Assembly: GCA_964609335.1 (NCBI GenBank)
Contig: CAZSRQ010000013.1
Coordinates: 1-29,439, forward strand
Source: an uncultured Pseudomonadota bacterium
Lineage (GTDB): Bacteria; UBA10199; JADFYH01
DNA length: 29,439 nucleotides
Direction: 5' to 3'
In this document: positions 1-8,742 of the stretch, one piece after another
How the letters are laid out: each line of letters opens with the position of its first letter
Numbering within the stretch: position 1 is the stretch's first letter
Position numbers and translations under genes: made by a program
The notes under the pieces: generated by a model
Seen by the model: only the letters and a program-made list of their open reading frames with translations
The model's database searches: none
What the model was told of the DNA's origin: nothing

Positions 1-256
1 CGACAAACGGACTAAAAATTATTTTTTTTGAGGAATTATTTTCGGCAACCGTTGAAGAAGAGCTGCTACATCGCACCAACAAAAACAGGATGCTTAAAAA
101 AACCAAACCACGAAAAGTTTTTGGAATTTTCATGATCCCCCCTCTGATTTTTTGCCTAGTCTCCACACTCAAGATAAAGCGGAGAATAAGATTTTAAGAT
201 GATGGCGTCCGTGATTGTAAAAGGGGGGATTTTGAGAAGTCAAGGAGCAAGTCGTT

Positions 257-1192
257 TTAATCTTTAAGAATTTCAAATTCGTTTGAGGTGATCGAGTCGG
301 GCATTTTGGTCGGTTCTTTTTTGCAGAAAGAAATCTGCAGACGATATTTTCCCGGTGGTAATTTCTCTTTTGGAGTTAGCTTAAGATCTTTTGTTTTTTT
401 TCTTTCAGATAAACTTTCACAATCTCCAAAACTTTTTGCCTGAAATGAATCGATGGTTGCGGAGGTTGTTTTTTTCCATTCCGATCCATTCTGTTTTTCC
501 AGAATCACTTCTCCGGCAGTGTTGATCGGATAATCGGAGATTCTTACGAAATTAAAACGAATTTTATCTCCTCCGGGGATGACATTTTTCGAAGAGTAAA
601 TATCCTTATCTGTTAACGCGATAATTTTTTCATTTTCTTGGGGTTCTTTTTTCTCGGTTCCGCTGGTTTTCTCATCCCAAAACCTTTTTGGACCGGTATC
701 TAAATGAACATGACGGCCATGATAATAGCCGACGCCGCAACAATTCAGATTCATCAAAAAATCCCGAACTTCAGTAATTTCGATTCCTTCCAAAAAAATA
801 TCAGCCGCGGCGGATTCAATGTGCATACTCGAAATAGCGGCGAGCTTCCCTTGATTGCGTAATCCTTGATTCAGCGTTGGACTTCGATATCCCGAAAGAA
901 TGTGAATAGTAGCTCCATTGAAATGTTTTTGCAGATAAGAGAGCAGTTCGAGAAAACGGAGCGACATTCTCTCAGTCGAAATTTCATAGGGGGATCCATA
1001 CACCTGATTGATTTTTTTCAGGGCAGCTTCGTTGTATTGGTTTTCTCCCTCGCGGTAACGGATTTTCACTGAACTGTTTTTTTTGTCATTTTTGAGGGAA
1101 ATTTCTCCGGAACCTGAAATGAAATAATCGGAATGTGCGAATATATTTTGATTAGAAAAAGTAAAAATTAAAAAGAAGAATATTTTTTTCAT
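257..1192 (-). CDS. Secreted DUF882/YcbK-like peptidase M15A family protein
   Basis: N-terminal signal-peptide-like MKKIFFFLIFTFSNQNIFA. Core SGYRSP..N....N......SSMH.ESAAAD and H.HLD motifs are typical of the YcbK/DUF882 zinc peptidase fold. Confidence 0.7.
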   Translation of the reverse strand: MKKIFFFLIFTFSNQNIFAHSDYFISGSGEISLKNDKKNSSVKIRYREGENQYNEAALKKINQVYGSPYEISTERMSLRFLELLSYLQKHFNGATIHILSGYRSPTLNQGLRNQGKLAAISSMHIESAAADIFLEGIEITEVRDFLMNLNCCGVGYYHGRHVHLDTGPKRFWDEKTSGTEKKEPQENEKIIALTDKDIYSSKNVIPGGDKIRFNFVRISDYPINTAGEVILEKQNGSEWKKTTSATIDSFQAKSFGDCESLSERKKTKDLKLTPKEKLPPGKYRLQISFCKKEPTKMPDSITSNEFEILKD

Positions 1193-1207
1193 AGTTCAAT
1201 AGAAATT

Positions 1208-1320
1208 TTCCCCCTTTGAAAAAGGGGGATTAAGGGGGATTTAGTGCTAGGAGTGGAAACAAGTAAAGCTTGTACTCTTTGCAATAAATCCCTCCCAACC
1301 TCCCTTTTTCAAAGGGAGGA
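1208..1320. repeat. Family-A palindromic element (diverged full-length copy)
   Basis: CCCCCTTTGAAAAAGGGGG-ATTAAGGGGGATTTAGTGCTAGG ... GCAATAAATCCCTCCCAACC-TCCCTTTTTCAAAGGGAGG. The right half carries substitutions relative to the left. Between the DUF882 gene and hisH. Confidence 0.75.
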
Positions 1321-1336
1321 ATAGATCAGTAAGAAT

Positions 1337-1945
1337 TTATTTCCACTTTCCAAACGCTTCCAAAATTTTTAACCCAACTGTTTGACTTTTCTCCGGATGA
1401 AACTGTGTGGCGAAAATATTGTCTTTGTAAATGCTCGAGGTAAATTCGATTCCATAATCGGTGGTGGTTGCTGTCACCGATGAATCCTCAGGAATCACAT
1501 AATACGAATGAACAAAATAAACATAACTTTCATCCGGAATTTCTTTCAAAAACGGAATCTCTTTTTTCTTGCGGATCTGATTCCAGCCGATTTGTGGGAT
1601 TTTTAGATCTTTTTTTTCAGGGAATCGAACTACTTTTCCTGGAATAATATTAAGTCCTTGATGATTTCCAAACTCTTCGCTTTCGGTGAAAAGGAGTTGC
1701 ATTCCGAGACAGATTCCCAAAAAAGGTTTTCCAGATTTGATCGATTGAATGATCGGTTCGACCAAACCAAAACGGTTGAGATTTTCCATGCAATCTTTGA
1801 ATGCGCCAACGCCCGGAAGAACAATCTTGTCAGCTTCTAGAATTTTTTTGGGATCGCGGGAAATCGAAGCTTCAAATCCGAGATGCTCAAAAGCTTTTTC
1901 AACACTTCGGAGATTTCCCATTTCGTAATCGATGAGGGTAATCAT
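1337..1945 (-). CDS. hisH: Imidazole glycerol phosphate synthase glutamine amidotransferase subunit HisH
   Basis: MITLIDYEMGNLRSVEKAFEHLGF N-terminus. GICLGMQ nucleophile-elbow Cys. Class I GATase His/Glu near the C-terminus. Adjacent to hisB. Confidence 0.9.
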   Translation of the reverse strand: MITLIDYEMGNLRSVEKAFEHLGFEASISRDPKKILEADKIVLPGVGAFKDCMENLNRFGLVEPIIQSIKSGKPFLGICLGMQLLFTESEEFGNHQGLNIIPGKVVRFPEKKDLKIPQIGWNQIRKKKEIPFLKEIPDESYVYFVHSYYVIPEDSSVTATTTDYGIEFTSSIYKDNIFATQFHPEKSQTVGLKILEAFGKWK

Positions 1946-1949
1946 AGTT

Positions 1950-2027
1950 GGTTAGGGGTCGGGGGTTAGGGGTTGGGAGTTGGAAAATTTTTTATCTGAC
2001 TCCTAACTCCCGACCCCTAACTCCAAA
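1950..2027. repeat. Long imperfect G/C-rich hairpin in the hisB-hisH intergenic spacer
   Basis: GGTTAGGGGTCGGGGGTTAGGGGTTGGGAGTTGG ...17 nt... TCCTAACTCCCGACCCCTAACTCCAAAC. The 13-bp core GTTAGGGGTCGGG pairs exactly and the flanks pair with wobbles. The right arm ends at the hisB stop. The left arm begins 5 nt from the hisH start. Confidence 0.7.
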
Positions 2028-2618
2028 CTAAAGTATTCCTTTTGTCGACGGAATTCCTTTCATTCTCGGATCAATCTGCGTTGCCATATCGCACGCTTTT
2101 GCAAATGCCTTAAAAATCGATTCGACGATATGATGACGATTTTTTCCGTACCAGACATTGATATGCAGATTGACCTGTGCAGCGTTGGTGAATCCTTGAA
2201 AAAATTCAGGAACCATTTCGACATCGAAAGTTCCAATTCTTCCGGGGCGGAGCGGTTTGACGTGATAGATCATGCAAGGTCTTCCTGAAAAATCGAGAGC
2301 CACCGTGGTTAAAACTTCATCCATCGGAAGAGTACAAGAACCATAACGACGAATCCCTTTTTTCTCCCCGAGTGCTTTTTTGAAGGCGTTTCCTAAAGTG
2401 ATCCCCACATCTTCCACGGTATGATGCAGATCAATATGAATATCCCCTTTCCCTTTGAGAGTCAGATCGAATAATCCATGTTTGGTGAACAGTTCCAACA
2501 TATGATTGAGAAAAGGAATTTCGGTATCAATCTTGTATTTACCGCTCCCATCGAGCTTAAAATCGATCTGGATCTGGGTCTCAGTAGTATTTCTGGCTAA
2601 TTTTGCTTTACGTTTCAT
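2028..2618 (-). CDS. hisB: Imidazoleglycerol-phosphate dehydratase HisB
   Basis: ARNTTETQIQI..LDGSG..IDTEIPFLNHML..F.KHG.FDL...KGD.HID.HHTVEDVGI.LG is the canonical IGPD signature. About 196 aa. Confidence 0.9.
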   Translation of the reverse strand: MKRKAKLARNTTETQIQIDFKLDGSGKYKIDTEIPFLNHMLELFTKHGLFDLTLKGKGDIHIDLHHTVEDVGITLGNAFKKALGEKKGIRRYGSCTLPMDEVLTTVALDFSGRPCMIYHVKPLRPGRIGTFDVEMVPEFFQGFTNAAQVNLHINVWYGKNRHHIVESIFKAFAKACDMATQIDPRMKGIPSTKGIL

Positions 2619-2685
2619 AGGGCTTAGGATTAAGAGATTTATTTGAGAAAGTCAAAAATGAATTGAAAAAAGGGGGATTTTTACC

Positions 2686-3708
2686 ATGTTTCCAGAGATC
2701 AAACCTGAAGAAATTTTTCCTCAAGGGGCTTCTGAATCGGTGGTTCGATCGGTGATTTACGCCTCAGAAAAAGAGTTTTTTGAAACTATTTTGCCTCTCA
2801 CCAATCGGCTCCGAGAGATGGCATTTGGAAATGAGGTCAGCTTCTGTTCCATCGTCAATGCGAAAAGCGGCGCCTGTGTTGAAACCTGTAATTTTTGTTC
2901 CCAATCAGCCTCCTTCAAAGGGGCCCAAGCTCCGCTCTATCCACTCATGAAAGCCGATCAAATTTTAGAAAAAGCCAAAGAGGCTGAAAAAATGGGGGGG
3001 ACTGAATTTTCAATTGTGACGAGCGGTCGTGGCATGACCAAACAAAAAGAGCTTGAGACGATGGTCGATGCGATCACGAAAATTCGCCAAGAAACAGAGT
3101 TAGAAACCTGCGCATCGCTGGGTCTTATGTCGCGCGAAGACCTTCTCCGTTTAAAAGAGGCAGGAATGCGTCATTATCATCATAATATCGAAACCGCGAA
3201 ATCATACTTTCCAAACGTCGTTCAAAGTCACAGCTGGGAAGAAGAAGTCCAAACGATAAAGCTCGCCAAAGAGCTAGGGTTCGAAACCTGCTGTGGTGGC
3301 ATCCTGGGAATGGGAGAAAATCTCGATCAACGAATCGAGTTTGTGATGCAGTTGAAAGAGATCGATCCACATTCGATTCCGATCAATTTTTTAAATCCAC
3401 GTCCCGGAACTCCGTTCGGTGAAAAAAATGAACTGACTCCGCTCGACTGTCTGAAAATCATTGCTGCACTCCGTTTGGCGATGCCGACGAAAGATCTGTT
3501 TGTCTGCGGTGGAAGAGAAGTGAACCTCAAAGAATATCAAGATCTGATGTTTCAGGCGGGTGCTTCCGGAACGATGCTCGGCAATTATCTCACGACTAAA
3601 GGAAGAAGTTCGGAGCAAGATGTCGAGATGATTGAGCGGCTCGGGTTTAAAGTGGTTCAGCCGCATCGAAGAGCGAAGAAAGTTTTAGAAAATTTGACCG
3701 GTAATTAA
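2686..3708 (+). CDS. bioB: Biotin synthase (radical SAM)
   Basis: CVETCNFCSQS radical-SAM CxxxCxxC motif. YHHNIETA, CCGGILGMGE and PINFLNPRPGTP match the BioB motifs YNHNLDTS, CSGGIVGLGE and PINMLVKVKGTP. SD AGGGGG lies 9 nt upstream of the ATG. Confidence 0.85.
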   Translation: MFPEIKPEEIFPQGASESVVRSVIYASEKEFFETILPLTNRLREMAFGNEVSFCSIVNAKSGACVETCNFCSQSASFKGAQAPLYPLMKADQILEKAKEAEKMGGTEFSIVTSGRGMTKQKELETMVDAITKIRQETELETCASLGLMSREDLLRLKEAGMRHYHHNIETAKSYFPNVVQSHSWEEEVQTIKLAKELGFETCCGGILGMGENLDQRIEFVMQLKEIDPHSIPINFLNPRPGTPFGEKNELTPLDCLKIIAALRLAMPTKDLFVCGGREVNLKEYQDLMFQAGASGTMLGNYLTTKGRSSEQDVEMIERLGFKVVQPHRRAKKVLENLTGN

Positions 3709-3714
3709 GCAGGG

Positions 3715-3736
3715 AGCGGACGGCTGTCCGTCCGTA
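3715..3736. terminator. Short GC hairpin between convergent bioB and the NHL-protein gene (candidate bidirectional terminator)
   Basis: GCGGACGG-CTGT-CCGTCCGT forms a 7-8 bp stem with a 4-nt loop, 8 nt after the bioB stop. The flanking T/A runs are weak. Confidence 0.4.
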
Positions 3737-3751
3737 TGAAAATGTTTTCCT

Positions 3752-4888
3752 TTATCTCTTCCCAATATTCTCATTCGCCGGAACCGGTTCGACCAGCGCT
3801 GGGCAGACATTCAATGTCGAAACCCGATAGGTTTTTTTGTTGGTAGTCGGATTTGTACTCCCCTCGATCATCCGAATACTTTTGTTTTGAAAATCGGTCA
3901 GATAAATTTTATCGGCACTTTCAACAAAAATTCCGAGAGGTTGATTGAATTTGGCAGTCGTTGCATCTCCGTCTGTATTCCCGGCCACCTTGGAGGTTCC
4001 TGCAATGGTGTTGACTGCTCCAGCTCTCGTGACCGTTCCGAGGGTGTTTGAAAGAGAATCGGTAAAATAAACCAGTCCGGTATTGTCGACTGCCACTCCG
4101 TGGGGAATTCCGAAAACCGTGGCAAGGGTGGAGACTGATCCGACCCCATTTTTAAAAGTGATCGCACGAATCGTCTGATTCTTGTTCTCGGTGACATACA
4201 ACGTTCCATTGTTTTCATCGATCGCAACATCCTCCGGAAAAGCAAAGCTGGCCTGATTCGCTGCCCCATCTTTCCAGTCGCGAGCTCCATTACCGGCAAT
4301 GGGGCTGACTTCATAGTTTGGAGTAGTGGTAATTTTTCGAATGACCGAGTTTGTGCTGTCGGCGATATAGAGATTGTTGTTTTTATCCATTCCAATTCCA
4401 GAAGGATTGTAAAATTGCGTGACCGTATTGTTTCCACCCGCTCCATTGATCAATCCCGGTTTTCCAGGGATTCCTGCAATCGTTGTAGTTTCGCCGTCAG
4501 CTGTTCGCACTCGCCGGATGAGATGATTATAATAATCGGTCACATAAAGATATTCTCCGTTTGAATCGATGACAAGATCGGAGGGACCGTTAAATCTTGC
4601 GTTCACTCCGATATCATCCTTGAACCCTGCTTCATTGGGAGAACCGGCGAGAATGGAATATCTTCCAGACGGATCTATTTTTCCGATGGTGTTGTAAACA
4701 AGTCCTCGAGCAAGGTAGATATTTCCCGACTTGTCTTTGGTCATTCCGACCGGCCATTCGAGTGCCATTTTTTCGGTACAGGGAAAAGATCTGCTCGCCG
4801 ACTTTGCCTCATGAATTTTGGGGATATTGAAAAAGAGTAGCAAGGGCAGAAAACTGAAACCGATCATCGTTTTTTTGATAAAACCCAT
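3752..4888 (-). CDS. Secreted NHL-repeat beta-propeller protein
   Basis: N-terminal signal peptide (GFSFLPLLLFFNIP). At least five NHL-type repeats: LYVTDYYNHLIRRV, LYIADSTNSVIRKI, LYVTENKNQTIRAI, VYFTDSLSNTLGTV, IYLTDFQNKSIRMI. Confidence 0.75.
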   Translation of the reverse strand: MGFIKKTMIGFSFLPLLLFFNIPKIHEAKSASRSFPCTEKMALEWPVGMTKDKSGNIYLARGLVYNTIGKIDPSGRYSILAGSPNEAGFKDDIGVNARFNGPSDLVIDSNGEYLYVTDYYNHLIRRVRTADGETTTIAGIPGKPGLINGAGGNNTVTQFYNPSGIGMDKNNNLYIADSTNSVIRKITTTPNYEVSPIAGNGARDWKDGAANQASFAFPEDVAIDENNGTLYVTENKNQTIRAITFKNGVGSVSTLATVFGIPHGVAVDNTGLVYFTDSLSNTLGTVTRAGAVNTIAGTSKVAGNTDGDATTAKFNQPLGIFVESADKIYLTDFQNKSIRMIEGSTNPTTNKKTYRVSTLNVCPALVEPVPANENIGKR

Positions 4889-5113
4889 AAATTTTTATCT
4901 CCCCTGATCACGGTTGTTCATCGATTCTCTTTTCTTGATTATAAAAGAAAAAAGAAAAAAATCTCAAAGGGAAATAATCAAATTTATTAATTGTTACAAA
5001 TAGTTATGTAATAATTGTCCGAAGGAGTTAAGCGTTGATAAAAGATGGTAAAGTGGGATTTCCAAAAGAGAGTTTTGATAAAATTCTTTTCCTTTTCACC
5101 CATGTAAAACAGA

Positions 5114-5968
5114 TCAAGCCTGTGAATGATTTTTTATCTTTGACCAGGCACTCACTGCCTCCATCAATTCGACAGGAACTGCCAACACGACTGTGTTTGA
5201 CGCGGTGGGTCCCAATCCATCAATCGTCTGAAGGGTTCGAAGTTGCATCGCCCCAGGGCTCGTTGCCATGGTCGTTGCAGCGGCAGCGAGATTGATCGCT
5301 GCCTCTTTGTCTCCCTCGGCTTTGGTGATGGTTGCCCGCTTTTCCCGTTCTGCCGAGGCTTGGCGGCTCATCATTTTTTTGAGTTCTTCGGGCATGTCGA
5401 TATCCTGCATTTTGATTGTGCTCACTTCGAGCCCCCAATTCGCACTCTCTTTTTCGACCGCTTTTTCAATTTCTGTCGCAATCTGTTCTCTCTCCGCCAA
5501 AAGCTGGTCGAGTGTCATTTTCCCAATGACATCCCTCAAAGTCGATTGAGCATATTGGCTCATCGCAAAAACATAATTTTGAACTTTGATGATGGCATCA
5601 TCCACCTTCACTACCCGGAAATAGACCACTCCGTTGATCGAGACCGGAACGTTGTCTTTGGTGATCACCTGCTGTTTAGGGATATCGAGCGTTAAAATCC
5701 GGGTATCGACGAAAATAGCGCGATCGATCACCGGAATGACGAGACAGATTCCAGGTCCTTTAATCGATGAAAATTTTCCGAGTCTTAAAATAATAATTTT
5801 TTCCCACTGATCGGCAATTTTGATGGCGATTGAGACGAACATGGCAAAGAAAAACGCACCGAAGATGGCAAGTCCACCCAAAACCGGATTGATCAGGTAA
5901 ATAAAACCGGCTACCACCTCACCGATGACTAATAGAATGAGAAAGAAAAGAAAATTGACCGCTTTCAT
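5114..5968 (-). CDS. SPFH/band-7 (stomatin/prohibitin-like) membrane protein
   Basis: N-terminal transmembrane segment, then an SPFH core (ILRLGKF....GPG..LVIPVIDR...VDTR..TLDIPKQQVITKDNV). C-terminal coiled-coil EELKKMMSRQASAEREKRA. No NfeD partner gene is adjacent. Confidence 0.85.
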   Translation of the reverse strand: MKAVNFLFFLILLVIGEVVAGFIYLINPVLGGLAIFGAFFFAMFVSIAIKIADQWEKIIILRLGKFSSIKGPGICLVIPVIDRAIFVDTRILTLDIPKQQVITKDNVPVSINGVVYFRVVKVDDAIIKVQNYVFAMSQYAQSTLRDVIGKMTLDQLLAEREQIATEIEKAVEKESANWGLEVSTIKMQDIDMPEELKKMMSRQASAEREKRATITKAEGDKEAAINLAAAATTMATSPGAMQLRTLQTIDGLGPTASNTVVLAVPVELMEAVSAWSKIKNHSQA

Positions 5969-6032
5969 ATTGAATCCCTTTCTTAAATGTGGACAAAGCG
6001 CAGCCTGTCCAGCCTACATTTTGTATAAAGAA

Positions 6033-6839
6033 TTACAAACTAATCGAAGTGACCCCATCCAACGAATGATTTAAAAAAATTTTTCCAACCTCTTTGAATC
6101 TTTGAGGTGAATCGGTCACGAAAAAAGTGATCGAACGATCAGCGGGATCGGTTCTTTCCATTTTTTTATCTTTCAATAACCTTTTTACCGCTTGGGCAGT
6201 TTCAGCAGCACTGTCGACCAGCTTCACTTTTTCACCGATGATTTTTGAGATGACTTTTTTTAAAAGGGGATAATGGGTACATCCCAAAATCAGGGAATCG
6301 ATCGGGGTTTTGAAAAATGGGGAAAGATATTTTTGAACCACCAGCTCCGTCACTTCATTTTCAATCCATCCCTCTTCTACTAACGGGACGAAAAGTGGAC
6401 AGGCAACTCCCCAAGTTCGAATATCAGGATTAATCTTTTGGATCGCCTTGGTATACGCAGCGCTGGAGATGGTTGATTCAGTTCCGACAATTCCGACTTC
6501 TCCCGATTGAGTCGCGGCGAGAGCCGCTTTTACTCCAGGTTCTATCACTCCAATCATTGGGATGGAAAATTTTTTCTGCAACTCATCGAGAGCAAGAGCG
6601 GAAGCGGTATTGCAGGCAACCACAATCGCTTTGACCCCGGTTTGAACCAAGAAATGACTGTTTTCAATCGAATATTTGGTGATCGTTTCACGACTTTTAT
6701 TTCCGTAGGGAACTCGGGCAGTATCTCCCAGATAAACCAGATGTTCATCAGGCAATGCTTCTTCGAGCGCTTTAAAAACGGTAAGTCCGCCGATGCCGGA
6801 GTCAAAAATTCCAATTGCTTTATTTGAATCAGAGGTCAT
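6033..6839 (-). CDS. murI: Glutamate racemase MurI
   Basis: IGIFDSGIGGLTV, VYLGDTARVPYG, ACNTAS and GCTHYP motifs include both catalytic Cys residues. Confidence 0.9.
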   Translation of the reverse strand: MTSDSNKAIGIFDSGIGGLTVFKALEEALPDEHLVYLGDTARVPYGNKSRETITKYSIENSHFLVQTGVKAIVVACNTASALALDELQKKFSIPMIGVIEPGVKAALAATQSGEVGIVGTESTISSAAYTKAIQKINPDIRTWGVACPLFVPLVEEGWIENEVTELVVQKYLSPFFKTPIDSLILGCTHYPLLKKVISKIIGEKVKLVDSAAETAQAVKRLLKDKKMERTDPADRSITFFVTDSPQRFKEVGKIFLNHSLDGVTSISL

Positions 6840-6874
6840 GCGGGAGTAGTGTAGAGGCGCACGGCCAAGCGACT

Positions 6875-7237
6875 CTATCTTTTGGCTTTTTTTGCCGGTT
6901 TACGAGTTTTAGAAGGAGATTTTTTTCTGAGGCTTTTGGTGACCCGTTTTCGGTTGAGCGTTTCAATTTCATTTTCAAGTCGGTGAATTTTTCTTTCCAT
7001 TCCCGATAAAGTATCGCTGGTCGGGATTTCGAGCATTTTCAGGATGAGATTCAGATTGTGATGCAGACTTTTCTCAACCCCTGATTTGGCATTGAGAATA
7101 CTAACGATTCCTTCGACGAACATTTTATTTTTTAGGAGTTGGTTGATAAATCTTGATTGGAGCAGCTCATCGATGAATCGCGCCTTAATTTTTTCGCCCC
7201 GTTCTGCAGCATCTTTTAAGAAATCTTGAAACGTCAT
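6875..7237 (-). CDS. Phasin-like (PHA granule-associated) small coiled-coil protein with a lysine-rich tail
   Basis: A 120-aa helical protein. The MTFQDFLKDAAERGEK... N-terminus and the RKIHRLENEIETLNRK C-terminal heptad resemble the phasin family. KK/KR-rich C-terminus. Assignment is tentative. Confidence 0.45.
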   Translation of the reverse strand: MTFQDFLKDAAERGEKIKARFIDELLQSRFINQLLKNKMFVEGIVSILNAKSGVEKSLHHNLNLILKMLEIPTSDTLSGMERKIHRLENEIETLNRKRVTKSLRKKSPSKTRKPAKKAKR

Positions 7238-7358
7238 GATTTAGGCTCCTTTTACCTGTTTGGGGGAAATCTGAAATAGATTAAGATATTAAAAATTTGT
7301 AACGAAAATAAGAGGCTCTGTCAATCAATCAGTTCACGCATCCATTCATTGACGCTCA

Positions 7359-7388
7359 TTGACTTTTGTTTTTCTTTTGGGAAATAAT
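7359..7388 (+). promoter_or_regulatory. Candidate sigma70-type promoter for tolQ (TTGACT-N18-AATAAT)
   Basis: TTGACT at 7359-7364 and AATAAT at 7383-7388, about 95 nt upstream of the tolQ ATG. Lies in a divergent AT-rich intergenic region. The preceding CATTGAC is duplicated. Confidence 0.3.
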
Positions 7389-7480
7389 AAAAACTTATCC
7401 TTTATTAAAATCGTTAAAGTTTGTAAAATGCTGTAAAAGTTTGATAAAGATTCTCTTTCAAGAAAGGAGTTTTCACTTCC

Positions 7481-8194
7481 ATGTCTCTTCTAACCATTTT
7501 GCTTCAGATGCAGGTCCCCGATATGAAAGATCAGAGTGTTCTTCATCTGATGTTCTCGAGTGATCCCATCGTTAAAGTCACCTTACTCATTCTCATTTTT
7601 TTCTCCATTATGACTTGGGCGATTATTTTCTATAAGTATCGCCAAGTAAAAAAGGCAAAATCGACCTCTTCAAAATTTATCCAGCTTTTTGAAAGTACCG
7701 ATTCCATCGATGAAGTGTTAACGCATGCCCAATCGAGAGAAGGACCGCTTTACGGAATTTTTTCATCCGGTATTTCCGATATTATAAAAAGTCGAAAAAT
7801 TCGGAGCAAAGATCCTTCGGCTCCCATCAAATTAAATCTGGAACATATTCGTAAAAATATTCTTCGGGCAACCAGTGATGAGATCGCGAAATTGGAACAG
7901 ATGACTCCGTTTCTTGCGACGACCGCTTCTGCCTCTCCATTTATCGGTCTTTTTGGAACCGTTTGGGGGATTTTGACCGCCTTCTGGGCGATTGGTCGGG
8001 CAGGCTCCACCTCACTGGGAACTGTAGGGCCATTCATCGCGGAAGCGTTGATTGCAACGGCAGTCGGGCTTGCAGCAGCTATTCCAGCGGTTATTGCGTA
8101 CAACTATTTCGTGAGCAAAACCAAAAATCTCACCAAAATCTTGGATGATTTTTCCATTGATTTGGTTCACCGAATTGAAAGAGAGTATTTCTAG
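7481..8194 (+). CDS. tolQ: Tol-Pal system protein TolQ (MotA/TolQ/ExbB proton channel)
   Basis: Three predicted TM helices and a conserved C-terminal region (GLFGTVWGIL.AF..IG). Followed by tolR, tolA and tolB. Confidence 0.85.
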   Translation: MSLLTILLQMQVPDMKDQSVLHLMFSSDPIVKVTLLILIFFSIMTWAIIFYKYRQVKKAKSTSSKFIQLFESTDSIDEVLTHAQSREGPLYGIFSSGISDIIKSRKIRSKDPSAPIKLNLEHIRKNILRATSDEIAKLEQMTPFLATTASASPFIGLFGTVWGILTAFWAIGRAGSTSLGTVGPFIAEALIATAVGLAAAIPAVIAYNYFVSKTKNLTKILDDFSIDLVHRIEREYF

Positions 8195-8283
8195 TGCTTG
8201 TTCCATCTAACTTTCCCCCTCTCGATGTAAAAATATGAAATGGATGACAAGCCGTGGTGTCGTGACCTTAATATCAAAATAAA

Positions 8284-8742
8284 ATGGAAAGGGTGTTAAT
8301 GGCTTTTTCAAACTCTCAAGATCGTCGTAGCTATTCAACCTTGGCAGAAATCAATATTACTCCGCTGGTTGACGTCATGCTGGTTCTGCTGATTATTTTC
8401 ATGATTACTGCTCCTTTGATGATGGAGGGGGTGAAAGTCGATCTCCCTTCCGCGACAACCCAGGCGATGAAAAATGACAAAGAAGATGTCGTGTTAACTG
8501 TCACAAAAAGTGGAGATCTTTTTCTTCAGGGAGATAAAAGCACCTACAATCTTTCCAATCTCACCGAAAAACTGGTAGCGGTGTATCAAAACAAATCCAA
8601 AAAGGATATTTTCCTTCGGGCAGACAAAACAGTCCCCTATGGTATTGTGGTCCAAGTGATGGCAACGTGTAAAAATGCTGGCATTGAGCGAATCGGCATG
8701 ATTACTGAAACCGATGCCCAACCGAAAGATTCTCCCCTCTAA
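8284..8742 (+). CDS. tolR: Tol-Pal system protein TolR (ExbD/TolR family)
   Basis: LAEINITPLVDVMLVLLIIFMITAP TM helix with the conserved Asp. An alternative ATG at 8299 (MAFSN) has a better SD (AGGGTG) and may be the true start. Confidence 0.85.
   Translation: MERVLMAFSNSQDRRSYSTLAEINITPLVDVMLVLLIIFMITAPLMMEGVKVDLPSATTQAMKNDKEDVVLTVTKSGDLFLQGDKSTYNLSNLTEKLVAVYQNKSKKDIFLRADKTVPYGIVVQVMATCKNAGIERIGMITETDAQPKDSPL

Noticed and set aside
131-241. ATCCCCCCT / AGGGGGGAT inverted repeat separated by ~70 nt at the window start, downstream of the DUF882 gene
   Set aside because: Only a 9-bp complementary core. It is too weak and too close to the window edge to call a repeat-family member or terminator with any confidence.
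1950-1983. TTAGGGG units read as telomeric repeats
   Set aside because: Only two to three degenerate units exist, and they are fully explained as one arm of the hisB-hisH hairpin. Nothing suggests a linear replicon end.
2619-2685. Possible BirA operator (bioO) in the divergent hisB/bioB intergenic region
   Set aside because: Only a weak TCAA-N9-TTGA dyad. There is no TGTAAACC/GGTTTACA-like 40-bp operator palindrome.
3898-4446. 182-aa ORF on the minus strand inside the NHL-repeat gene, and similar nested ORFs (5243-5695, 5268-5549, 11103-11435, 15096-15545, 16228-16644, 17828-18307, 18520-19131, 22506-22865, 26518-27165, 26781-27158)
   Set aside because: All lie wholly inside, or antisense to, well-supported genes with clear homology. 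They have no SD, odd composition (Arg/Ser/Pro-rich) and are typical shadow ORFs.
4889-5113. AT-rich spacer with partial palindromes between the NHL gene start and the SPFH gene end
   Set aside because: No extended inverted repeat or similarity to the repeat families. It most likely just contains the NHL-gene promoter.
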